A stretch of 64,000 nucleotides of DNA from NCBI GenBank assembly GCA_028823175.1, contig JAPKBZ010000001.1:96350-160349 (forward strand). Direction: 5' to 3'. Shown here piece by piece: positions 45,287 to 52,898 of this stretch. The translations under genes and the position numbers were made by a program. Numbering within the stretch: the first letter of the stretch is position 1; each line of letters starts with the position of its first letter. The stretch comes from Myxococcota bacterium. GTDB lineage: Bacteria; Myxococcota_A; UBA9160; UBA4427. The notes under the pieces were generated by a model that was not told the DNA's origin, ran no database searches, and saw only the letters and a list, made by a program, of their open reading frames with translations.

Positions 45287-46114
45287 TTGATGGCCCGCCG
45301 ATTCCCCAACCATCCGAGGGATTGGAAGCGCATTGCTGAGCGCAAGTTCGGGAATTTCATCACTGAAATCGAACTCCTCGACGATGTCGGCCGCCATATC
45401 CTCTGGAATGCCCGCCGCCATCGAAAGGGGCTCGGCCCCCTGGTGGACAATAAGATCTCCAGGGCCAAAACCTTTACCCAGCATCTCAACGGCCCCATCG
45501 CCGGGCTCTTCATCGTGGGTGCCAGCCTTTTCATTGTGGGCAGCCTGCTGAGCCTGCTTGTCAGCGCGCCAGAATTCTCTCCGGGTAGGGTCTTTTTCGC
45601 GGGCTCGATTTTCTTTACCTCGGCGGCCTACGTCCAATACCTGCAATCGATCAACAACAGCGAACATCTCCATCTCAAAAAGAACGACAAGGGCTGGGTC
45701 TTTTGGGCCTGGCAGACCGGGCGAATCGATTTTTGGGTGACCGGCACACAGTTGCTGGGAGCTGTGTGCTTCAACTTCAATACATTCGATGGCCTTCGAG
45801 AACTTTCGCGCACTGGCGAGTTTGCCACGGTCTGGCTGCCCAACTTCATTGGGTCGATCCTTTTCATGGTTTCGGGCTATCTCTCGGTCATCGAATTCAA
45901 TACACGGCCGATCTTCTGGCCCCGGAAATCGCTCCAGTCCGTCATTACGCTGCTCAATTTCTGGGGCTGCGTTGCTTTCATGATTTCGGCCTTGCTCGCC
46001 TTGGTGGGTGTGGTCTCTCCCGGGGGGATCAGCGGCAGCCTCTCCCTGATTCTGACGGCGATTGGAGCGGGTGGTTTTCTATCCGCATCGACCCTGATGC
46101 TCTTCGAGAAGTAG
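45287..46114 (+). CDS. YrhK-like membrane protein
   Basis: 275 aa. About 6 TM with paired YrhK-type repeats ('FFAGSIFFTSAAYVQYLQSIN', 'NFIGSILFMVSGYLSVIEFN'). The overlapping minus-strand ORF 44966..45673 is rejected. Confidence 0.65.
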   Translation: MMARRFPNHPRDWKRIAERKFGNFITEIELLDDVGRHILWNARRHRKGLGPLVDNKISRAKTFTQHLNGPIAGLFIVGASLFIVGSLLSLLVSAPEFSPGRVFFAGSIFFTSAAYVQYLQSINNSEHLHLKKNDKGWVFWAWQTGRIDFWVTGTQLLGAVCFNFNTFDGLRELSRTGEFATVWLPNFIGSILFMVSGYLSVIEFNTRPIFWPRKSLQSVITLLNFWGCVAFMISALLALVGVVSPGGISGSLSLILTAIGAGGFLSASTLMLFEK

Positions 46115-46116
46115 GC

Positions 46117-46329
46117 TCGAACCGATCCCGCAACGAAGTGCTCGAGCACTACAGCGTCGGTGTCGTCACGAATAGCCCCAGCCTGGACACGGCCCTCCGC
46201 GCCCGGACGCAGCAGGGCCCTCTTTCGCCCGCCACCATCCAGGGGCTCAAGGCTTTCCTCTTGATGCTCAGCGACCCGGGCTTCCTGACCAACCCCGATT
46301 TCCAGAATCCCTTTCCGCGGGCTCCCTGA
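46117..46329 (+). pseudogene. C-terminal remnant of a di-haem cytochrome c peroxidase/MauG-family gene
   Basis: Only the last 70 codons of track ORF 45703..46329 look protein-like: 'EVLEHYSVGVVTNSPSLDTALRARTQQGPLSPATIQGLKAFLLMLSDPGFLTNPDFQNPFP'. This is the characteristic CCP/MauG C-terminus. No haem-binding part is present upstream. Confidence 0.5.
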
Positions 46330-46363
46330 GCCCGCGCACCCGGGAAGCTCCGAGGCCAAGGAC

Positions 46364-47536
46364 TCAGGCGCCGAGCACCCCGGCGAAGATCCGCTGGAAA
46401 TTGCCCGACCAGAAAGCCGTGGCATTCGCTTCGTTTTGACCGGCCAGGGTCTCCTCGAAGCGGCCGATGGGGTTGCGGCCCCCCTCGGCGTGGGGGTAAT
46501 CGCTCGAGAAGAGATAGAGATCGGGGTTCGATCGCTCGATGAGCCGGGTCACGTTTTCCGTGGAGAAGGGCGCGAATGCGAACTGCTCGAGGATCTGCTC
46601 GGAGGGTTTTCGTTTCATCGCCTGAAGCGCCGCTTCGGTGCGTCCGAAGATCGCGACGAGATCATCGAGGCGCTCGATCATGGAAGGCGCCCAGTTAGCG
46701 CCGAGTTCCACCGCCGCCCCGCGCAGCGCCGGGAAGCGTTCGAAGACGCCATCGAGGATTAGGGCGGAGAGAAAGCGTTCGGGGGCATGGTGCATGACGG
46801 AGAAATCGCGGCCCCGAACATTCTCGCCGCCGCCCATCCAATCCGTTGGGGCGACCTGGCCATTATTCATCCATGCCTGACCGATGTGGAGGGGATAGCC
46901 GCCCACATGAATCGTGAAGGGCAGCCCCGCCTCGGCGAGCCGCGCCCAGAAAGGGTCGAAATCGGGATGCCCGGGGGAGCGCCCGCCGGCGTCGCCATGC
47001 GGGACCCAGACGCAATGCATCCCGTCGTTGATCACGGTTTCGAGTTCGGCGATGGCGCGCTCGGCATCTTGGAGCGGGATGCTCGCCACCCCCATCAAGC
47101 GGGAATCCTCGCCGCAGAACGCCGCCATGCCCCGGTTGTGAGCCCGGGCCGCGCCGTATTGAATCTCGGGATCGAGGCGATGATCGAAAACCACAGTTCC
47201 GCTGAGAGTCGAGAAGACCAGCTGCTTTTCGAAGCCCAGGAGATCCAGGGCGCGCGCGCGGTCGGCGGCATCGAAAGCGCCTAGGGCCTTCTCCTCCTTG
47301 GGGCCGCGGATCAACCCCAGGCCGCCGAGATCTTCGAGCCCAGCCGCGTATTCGCGATCGTGTCCGCCGGCCTCGGATAGCCGCCAGCCCTCGCCCTCGT
47401 CCATCGACGAGCGGGAGTAGTTGATGGGGGGAAGGCGATCGCGCATTCCCGGGTCGGCGTGCTTGGAAAGGAAATCGGGCAATTCCATGATGTGGCTGTC
47501 GGCGTCGAAGAGCAGGCGGCCTGCGGCGTAGGTCAT
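46364..47536 (-). CDS. amidohydrolase-2 family metal-dependent hydrolase/decarboxylase
   Basis: ATG 47536 follows AGGAG. It has 'LLFDADSHIMELPDF', 'HVGGYP' and 'LFSSDYPHAEG'. The track ORF's 49-aa extension runs through the tandem repeat and is not credible. Confidence 0.85.
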   Translation of the reverse strand: MTYAAGRLLFDADSHIMELPDFLSKHADPGMRDRLPPINYSRSSMDEGEGWRLSEAGGHDREYAAGLEDLGGLGLIRGPKEEKALGAFDAADRARALDLLGFEKQLVFSTLSGTVVFDHRLDPEIQYGAARAHNRGMAAFCGEDSRLMGVASIPLQDAERAIAELETVINDGMHCVWVPHGDAGGRSPGHPDFDPFWARLAEAGLPFTIHVGGYPLHIGQAWMNNGQVAPTDWMGGGENVRGRDFSVMHHAPERFLSALILDGVFERFPALRGAAVELGANWAPSMIERLDDLVAIFGRTEAALQAMKRKPSEQILEQFAFAPFSTENVTRLIERSNPDLYLFSSDYPHAEGGRNPIGRFEETLAGQNEANATAFWSGNFQRIFAGVLGA

Positions 47537-47573
47537 GAGTTTCTCCTCTGCAAAATTTGCCAATCCTCTTGCT

Positions 47574-47655
47574 TTGGCGGTTGGCGGTTGGCGTTGGCGG
47601 TTGGCGGTTGGCATTGGCGGTTGGTGTGGGCGGTTGGCATGGGCAGTTGGGTCAG
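47574..47655. repeat. degenerate G/T-rich tandem repeat (TTGGCGG-type units; CCGCCAA on the transcribed strand)
   Basis: Read directly: GGCGGTTGGCGGTTGGCGTT GGCGGTTGGCGGTTGGCATT GGCGGTTGGTGTG GGCGGTTGGCATG GGCAGTTGGGTCA. It spans from the sulfatase stop (47652) toward the amidohydrolase RBS. Confidence 0.85.
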
Positions 47656-49667
47656 GGGCGCACGATTTCGAAATCGGTCTCAAAGCGGTCGAAGAGACCG
47701 CCGAAGGTCGCGAGGGCCAGGGGGTTGCCCGATAGATCGATCCGGCCGGCCGCCAGCAGAGTAGTCACTCCGATTTCGCCCGCGAGCAGTCCCAGGAAAT
47801 CCGGGCGCGTCATCTCCAGAGCGATATCCGGGTCGGGGTGTGGAGTCCCCTCCCGGGCATGCAGGACCCCGTTCTCCACGTCTACCACCCAGAGCTCTTT
47901 CCTGTCGCTGAAACGGATCTGCAGCGCGAGTTCTTCTTCCGCGGCTTCGAGACCCTTGAGCCGCACCGCCATGAAATCGAAGACCATGGCGGAATCCATG
48001 CCCGCGACGACGTCGGAGTTGGCGGTGTTCACCCGGCCGCTGACGATGACGCCCTCCCTGAGTTCCCGAGCTGCGCTGAGGTAGAAATTGCGCCAGGGGC
48101 CTGACTCGGCCTGGTAACCCAATTGCTCTAGGGCGTCGGCCTGGAGCCAGCGTGCACGCGCGTTGTCGGGCTCGGCGAAGACCAGGTGGTTGATGACCTC
48201 GGCGACCCAGCGATATTCGCCCCGGGCCAGGGCCGTTTCGCCCTTCTCGATCATGGCGTTGGCGCCGCCCATCCACTCGACGTAGTGGGCGCCGCTCTCG
48301 GTCGGGGGCAACGGGCTCAGGTTCGCGGGGTTCCCGTCGAACCAGCCGAGATAGTACTGGTAGGTGGCCTTGGAGTTGTGGCGCACGGTGCCGTAGTAGT
48401 CGCGGTTGTACCATTGCTGGCCGAGGCTGTCGGGGAGTTCGATGATTTCGGCGATCTCCTGGGGCGTCAGGCCCTGGTTGGCCAGGCGCAGGGTTTGGTC
48501 GTGGACGTAGCCATAGAGGTCTCGCTGGTTGGTGAGATATTCGACGGCCTCTTCGCGGCCCCAGCGTGGCCAATGGTGGCTTCCGAAAACGACTTCCAGA
48601 TCGTCGCCGAAGAGCTCGATGGCCTGCTCGAGCCAGGCCGCCCAATCCTTGCCGCTGCGCACCTGAGCCCCGCGCAGGGTATAGAGATTGTGAAAGACCG
48701 CGTTCGCCTCCTCTGCGGGGCAGAAGGCCTTCCATTGGGGGAGATAGAACATCATCTCGGCGGGCGCCTCGGCGTTGGGGGTGTACATAAAGATCATCTC
48801 GACGCCGTCAAGGGTAATGGGGGTGGGCGTCTCGCCGATGATGTCGGTGGGGGCAATCATGGAGACGCGTCCGCGCGACGTCGTCTTCCCCAAGCCCGCG
48901 TCGACCCGGCCCTGAGGTCCCTCGTCGAGGAGCCCACCAAACATGTACTCCGCTCGCCGGGTCATCACGTTGCCCGCCAGCACGTTCTCGCTGACCGCGT
49001 GATGGCTGAATCCCTCGGGCGCCAGGATTCGCACCCGGCCCGCAGCGACGTCCTCGGGAGTCGTCACTCCGCGGACACCGCCGAAATGGTCGGCATGGCT
49101 ATGGGTGTAGATCACCGCCACCACCGGACGCTCTCCCAACTCGGCATTGACCAAGGCCAGGGCCGCCGCAGCGGCTTCGACGGTGATCAGCGGATCCACC
49201 ACGATCCAGCCCGTCTCGCCGCGAATAAAGGTGATGTTAGAGAGGTCGTAGCCCCTGACCTGATAGATGCCGTCGACGACTTCGAAGAGTCCGTGGATAT
49301 TATTGAGTTTGGCCTGGCGCCAGAGGCTGGGGTTGACGGTCTCTGGGGCGTCGCCCTCGATGAAATCGTAGGCCGCCATATTCCAGACCTCGCGGCCATC
49401 CTCGTCCTGAATGACGAGGTTATCGGGCCCCGCGATGAAACCCCGGCGGGCTCGCTCGAAATCCGATTCGTCGCCGAAGGGAAGGCTCTCGAGGACCGCC
49501 GTGTTGGCGGCTGCCGTGAACTGGCTTGCCGGCTTGATCTCGGGATTCAGGCTCCCGGCTGGCGCTGGCGAAGGGGCGGGAGATTCCGCGTTACACGCGA
49601 GCCATAGGGGAAACAAGAAAATGGCGAGAGCAACACGATATCGAGACAAGTCAGATCCCCTGTTCAT
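47652..49667 (-). CDS. alkyl/aryl-sulfatase (MBL fold + dimerisation + SCP2-like C-terminal), lipoprotein
   Basis: 671 aa with lipobox 'LWLAC' and MBL motif 'YTHSHADHFGG'. The C-terminal 'LLAGEIGVTTLLAAGRIDLSGNPLAL' is SCP2-like, as in SdsA1/BDS1-type sulfatases. Confidence 0.88.
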   Translation of the reverse strand: MNRGSDLSRYRVALAIFLFPLWLACNAESPAPSPAPAGSLNPEIKPASQFTAAANTAVLESLPFGDESDFERARRGFIAGPDNLVIQDEDGREVWNMAAYDFIEGDAPETVNPSLWRQAKLNNIHGLFEVVDGIYQVRGYDLSNITFIRGETGWIVVDPLITVEAAAAALALVNAELGERPVVAVIYTHSHADHFGGVRGVTTPEDVAAGRVRILAPEGFSHHAVSENVLAGNVMTRRAEYMFGGLLDEGPQGRVDAGLGKTTSRGRVSMIAPTDIIGETPTPITLDGVEMIFMYTPNAEAPAEMMFYLPQWKAFCPAEEANAVFHNLYTLRGAQVRSGKDWAAWLEQAIELFGDDLEVVFGSHHWPRWGREEAVEYLTNQRDLYGYVHDQTLRLANQGLTPQEIAEIIELPDSLGQQWYNRDYYGTVRHNSKATYQYYLGWFDGNPANLSPLPPTESGAHYVEWMGGANAMIEKGETALARGEYRWVAEVINHLVFAEPDNARARWLQADALEQLGYQAESGPWRNFYLSAARELREGVIVSGRVNTANSDVVAGMDSAMVFDFMAVRLKGLEAAEEELALQIRFSDRKELWVVDVENGVLHAREGTPHPDPDIALEMTRPDFLGLLAGEIGVTTLLAAGRIDLSGNPLALATFGGLFDRFETDFEIVRP

Positions 49668-49703
49668 TTTTCGGTTTAGGTTCGGTTAGAATCATCTTGA
49701 CGG

Positions 49704-50138
49704 TCAGGCTCCGAGCTTTCCGTAGTTTACGGTGCGCCAGCGTTCGGGTTGCATCGTGAAAGCCTTCACCTTCCCGGGTTTCTCGGAATCCGTGTAGAAA
49801 TCCCCCAACTCGGGTCCGAAATAGCGGTGGGCCATGGGGCGTGAGTCCTGTTCCCGGTCGGCGTCTCGCACTGAAACGATGGGGCCGGAGACGGAAACGT
49901 ATTGATAGTGGGGCGGCTCCTCGACCTGGGCACAGAGAGTGAAACGTCCGGCTGCGGCCAGGGCGCGGCCCTTGAGAGAATTCTCTTCGGTGAGTATCCA
50001 GAGCCCGGTTTCGGGTGCGTAGTCGTACCAGATCGGCACTGTGAGCGGCGGCCCTCCGGGCTCCTCGATGCTGATCACGCCCACGTGGAGGTCGGCAAGA
50101 AAGGCCTCGCGCTCGCTACGGCTCATGGCCAGGGACAT
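49704..50138 (-). CDS. pyridoxamine 5'-phosphate oxidase family (FMN/F420-binding split barrel) protein
   Basis: From Met-28 (50138): 'SRSEREAFLADLHVGVISIEEPGGPPLTVPIWYDY...GLWILT', a typical PNPOx-like fold. Confidence 0.7.
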   Translation of the reverse strand: MSLAMSRSEREAFLADLHVGVISIEEPGGPPLTVPIWYDYAPETGLWILTEENSLKGRALAAAGRFTLCAQVEEPPHYQYVSVSGPIVSVRDADREQDSRPMAHRYFGPELGDFYTDSEKPGKVKAFTMQPERWRTVNYGKLGA

Positions 50139-50319
50139 GATCGTTTCTCCTAGGGGCGGGTGCGGCCGCGCGGGCCGTCGCCTCCCGGTTCGATTGCATG
50201 GGAAAACGTTCTTAGCCACTCAGCGTCTTAAAGGGTTGCAAAAGAGGGGGCTGCCCGTCAGTCGCCAGGGCCTGGAGGGGGCTCGGTCCGCGTCGCCGGG
50301 GGCCGAGTTGCAGGGTCGC

Positions 50320-51204
50320 TCAGGGTGACCAGGCTCGCCAGCCAGATTCCGGGTCGCCCTGGAGGGCCCCGGCGGCCACGCGTTCGAGGCCTGGGGATCC
50401 CAGAGCCGCGCTGGCCACTCGGGCCGCCCATTGGCCCTCGGCTTCGGACTCGACCTTGTTGATCAGAATCGTTCGCCGGGCACCCCGGGGCGATCCCTTG
50501 CCTCCCCCCGCTGGCGAGGCCAGGAGTGCGCCGAGAGCCTCGGGGCTGAGAGTCGCGTCGGGGGAAAGGCCAGTGAGGGCGCAGACCCGTTCGGGCCGGT
50601 GGGCGATCTCTGCGATGGGCGCCGAGAGGGCATCGATCCCCGCCACCGTGATCAGGTGGTGGGTCTCCGGAGGGATCACGGGTTCGTGTTCCGCGGGTGC
50701 CTTGACCGGGAGCCGGCGGGAGCCGTCGGCCTCCACCACGACCCAGTCGACATTCGGGTGGGCAAGGATCTGACCCGGAATTTCCGGACCCACGCCTAGG
50801 GCATGGCGCTCTTCGACCCGTCCGACCACCAGCAGGCTTCCCGCTCTATCCACGAGGCTACTTTCCCAGCCGACGTCCTCGACACACGACACGCGGTGGG
50901 CGAGGCGGGCCTGGCTCGCGAAGATTCGCGTGGTCGTCGTCAGCACTGTGCGTCCGGGAAGCGCGCGAGCCAGGGCGAAGAGAAGGGTGCTTTTTCCGCC
51001 TCCGCCCACGACCGCGATTAAACCCGGTGGGTTTCCCAGCTCGAGAGCTTCGACGAGACTCAGTTCGGATCTCTCCTCGAGGTCTCTACTTATTCGCTGC
51101 ACCGTGCCTCCAGTTCGTGCCCACTCTGCTGGGCAAAAGATACACCGGATCGCGTAGCAATCGGGGGCGGCTCGGGCGGGCTCTCTGGGGACGGTGGCCA
51201 GCAA
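50320..51204 (-). CDS. yqeC: selenium-dependent hydroxylase accessory protein YqeC family
   Basis: P-loop 'IAVVGGGGKSTLLFALA', 'VVVEADGSRRLPVKAPAEHEPVIP', 'HRPERV', 'GGGKGSP...ILINKVE'. The likely true start is GTG 51102 (GGAGG upstream), giving about 260 aa. Confidence 0.75.
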   Translation of the reverse strand: MLATVPREPARAAPDCYAIRCIFCPAEWARTGGTVQRISRDLEERSELSLVEALELGNPPGLIAVVGGGGKSTLLFALARALPGRTVLTTTTRIFASQARLAHRVSCVEDVGWESSLVDRAGSLLVVGRVEERHALGVGPEIPGQILAHPNVDWVVVEADGSRRLPVKAPAEHEPVIPPETHHLITVAGIDALSAPIAEIAHRPERVCALTGLSPDATLSPEALGALLASPAGGGKGSPRGARRTILINKVESEAEGQWAARVASAALGSPGLERVAAGALQGDPESGWRAWSP

Positions 51205-51248
51205 CTGGGCTAGGGTCAGGGCATCGAAAAACCAACGCCGGAGTGTGA

Positions 51249-51625
51249 ATGAGTTTGATTCTCTACGGGGCGCCGCTTTCTCCCTTTGTCCGCAAGGTTG
51301 AAGTTCTCTTGCGAGAGAAGGGGGCCGAGTTCGAGAGCGAGCCGGTGAATATCATGCCCATGCCCGACTGGTTCAAGGAGATTAGTCCCGCCAAGCGAAT
51401 CCCCGTGTTGCGCGATCTCTCGGTGGGGCGCGAGGGCGCGAGGGCCCGAAGGGAACGATCGCCGACTCGTCGGCGATCTGCGCTTTTGCCGAACGGAAAT
51501 TTCCCGAGCCAGCCTTCTACCCTGCAGATGCGTTCGAACTCGGCCAAGCTACGTGGTACGAAGAGTGGGCGGACACCGAACTCGCAGGAAAGATCGTCAA
51601 GGAGAGCGTCGATCTAAACGCCTAG
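51249..51625 (+). pseudogene. glutathione S-transferase pseudogene (8-bp tandem duplication frameshift; C-terminal domain truncated)
   Basis: The N-terminus 'MSLILYGAPLSPFVRKVEVLLREKGAEFESEPV...RIPVLRD' is GST/thioredoxin-like. GCGCGAGG occurs twice in tandem (51428-51435, 51436-51443). Removing one copy restores '...GTIADSSAICAFAERKFPEPAFYPADAFELGQATWYEEWADTEL...', which stops at 51623-51625, about 90 aa short of a full GST. Confidence 0.7.
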
Positions 51626-51665
51626 TCCCGGGCCTCAAGATAAGAGAAAAGGAACAATTCGCTTT

Positions 51666-52418
51666 ATGCTTTGGGTTTCCTGGCTGCTGGTTCTAGCTTG
51701 CTACGGGTGGTTTGTCGGCGGCGCCATGGGCAATGGCCCGCTGATTGGCCACGACGAATTCATTCACGCTCGCGTGCCCTGGCGGGTGCTTGGGTTGCTC
51801 TGGTTGGGTGGCGGTCTGGGTCTCGCGGTTCTGGCGAAGCGCCGAACTCTTCTTTCCGCCACCAGCTTTGGCCTGCAGGTGCTGCTGGTGGGATTCTTTT
51901 CCTCCTACTTCCTCCAGGATAGTTTTCTGCCCGACCATGCAGTGGCCCTGAAGGTGGGGGAGGCCTTTCCGAGCTATGCCCTCCTCGACCAGGATGAGAT
52001 CGTTCATTCGAGTACTTCGAACGAGCCCCGGGAGCCGGCGCTCTACATCTTTTATCGCGGCGATTGGTGACCTTTCTGCCGAACCGAGCTGGTCCAGCTC
52101 GAAAGCTACTACGACGCGATTCAGAGCGAAGGGGTCGAGCTCTACGCCGTGAGTGTCGATCCCCCAGCAACTTCCCGTCGCCTGCGTGACCGCCTGGGCG
52201 CGCGCTTCACTTTCCTGTCGGATCCAGGAGGCCTACTCCTGGATGCCTTGAATATCCGTCATCGGGGTGCGAACGAGGGCAGCGATATCGCCTTCCCCAC
52301 CGCGATTCTCGTGGACCGATGGGGGTCCGCACGTTGGATCTACGAATCCGAAACCTATCGCCAACGCGCCGAACCCGAAACGATCTTCGCCGCGATCCGA
52401 GCGATGAACACGCGTTGA
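51666..52418 (+). CDS. candidate selenoprotein: membrane-anchored PRX-like2 (AhpC/TSA-redoxin) thiol:disulfide oxidoreductase with U-x-x-C
   Basis: Track ORFs 51666..52070 and 52149..52418 share one frame, and the only stop between them is TGA 52068-52070. Read-through gives 'ALYIFYRGDW-U-PFCRTELVQLESYYDAIQSEGVELYAVSVDPP...FLSDPGG...PTAILVD'. The TGA therefore sits exactly at the first Cys of WCPxC. A SECIS-like hairpin lies downstream. The N-terminus has 3 predicted TM helices. Confidence 0.7.
52072..52105 (+). promoter_or_regulatory. putative bacterial SECIS element
   Basis: CUUUC[UGCCGAAC]CGAGCUG-GUC-CAGCUCG-AAAG. There is a 7-bp upper stem (52085-52091/52095-52101), a lower stem CUUUC/GAAAG (52072-52076/52101-52105, alternative pairing of G52101), and an apical GGUC at 52091-52094, i.e. 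+24..+27 from the U of UGA. Confidence 0.55.
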
Positions 52419-52425
52419 TTTCGGC

Positions 52426-52575
52426 CTAGGCGAAGGGCGAGCGAGACGCCGCCCGGGGCGCTGCAGAGTCGGGTGCCGAGCGGTTCGCCCGCTGGATGAT
52501 GACGAGGCAGAGCATCGCGACCAAGATCTCGCCAGCCCCGGCGAACTGTTCCAGGAGAGGCATCAGCGCGTTCAT
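52426..52575 (-). CDS. possible 49-aa single-TM peptide, translationally coupled to the upstream Zn-ribbon ORF
   Basis: ATG 52575-52573 overlaps the upstream TGA (ATGA), with a perfect AGGAGG 7 nt upstream. It reads MNALMPLLEQFAGAGEILVAMLCLVIIQRANRS.... The rest of track ORF 52426..52854 is Arg-rich noise. Confidence 0.4.
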   Translation of the reverse strand: MNALMPLLEQFAGAGEILVAMLCLVIIQRANRSAPDSAAPRAASRSPFA

Positions 52576-52898
52576 CGTCGTTCCTCCTGGAAGGATTCGG
52601 CTAGCCGCTCGCGACCCATGATCTCGACGATGAAGCCCTCGGAGCCCAGGGTGAGGGCCCCGGATGGCTTCCGCCGCTCTCCGGTGAGGGGGGTGAGGGT
52701 CGTGAGGGACTGGGAGCCCGCTGAATTCAGCCCCCTCGATGCCTCGAGACAGTCGCCGCAGACCACTGCGTCGGCGCTGAGCAAGGCGAATTGGCCCACG
52801 GGGAGCCCGTACCGGGCGTAGGCTTCGAAGGGCGGTACCCCACAATAATCGCATTTTTCCTGGGCATCGCGCCCCGCCCCCAAAATCTGGATCTCCAT
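52572..52898 (-). CDS. hypothetical CxxC...CxxC (zinc-ribbon-like) protein
   Basis: 108 aa with 'KCDYCG...(26 aa)...VCGDCLE'. The ATG is preceded by GGGAGAG, with an in-frame TAA 6 codons upstream. No family was recognised. Confidence 0.45.
   Translation of the reverse strand: MEIQILGAGRDAQEKCDYCGVPPFEAYARYGLPVGQFALLSADAVVCGDCLEASRGLNSAGSQSLTTLTPLTGERRKPSGALTLGSEGFIVEIMGRERLAESFQEERR

Noticed and set aside
44966-45673. A 235-aa minus-strand ORF overlapping the PhyH 3' end and the YrhK-like 5' half.
   Set aside because: It has no motifs, and the plus-strand YrhK-like ORF has coherent TM-helix periodicity and family-like repeats.
47574-47655. The tandem repeat considered as a CRISPR array or as the coding N-terminus of the amidohydrolase (track ORF to 47683).
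   Set aside because: The units are 13-20 bp, contiguous and have no spacers. A strong AGGAG-ATG start at 47536 and the family-typical 'LLFDADSH' right after it argue against the extension.
47680-49607. Long ORFs overlapping the alkylsulfatase gene: 47680..48735 (-, 351 aa) in a second minus-strand frame and 48186..49607 (+, 473 aa) antisense.
   Set aside because: Their translations are Arg/Gly/Pro-rich low-complexity strings, typical of off-frame reading in GC-rich DNA. The alkylsulfatase frame carries clear MBL/SCP2 motifs.
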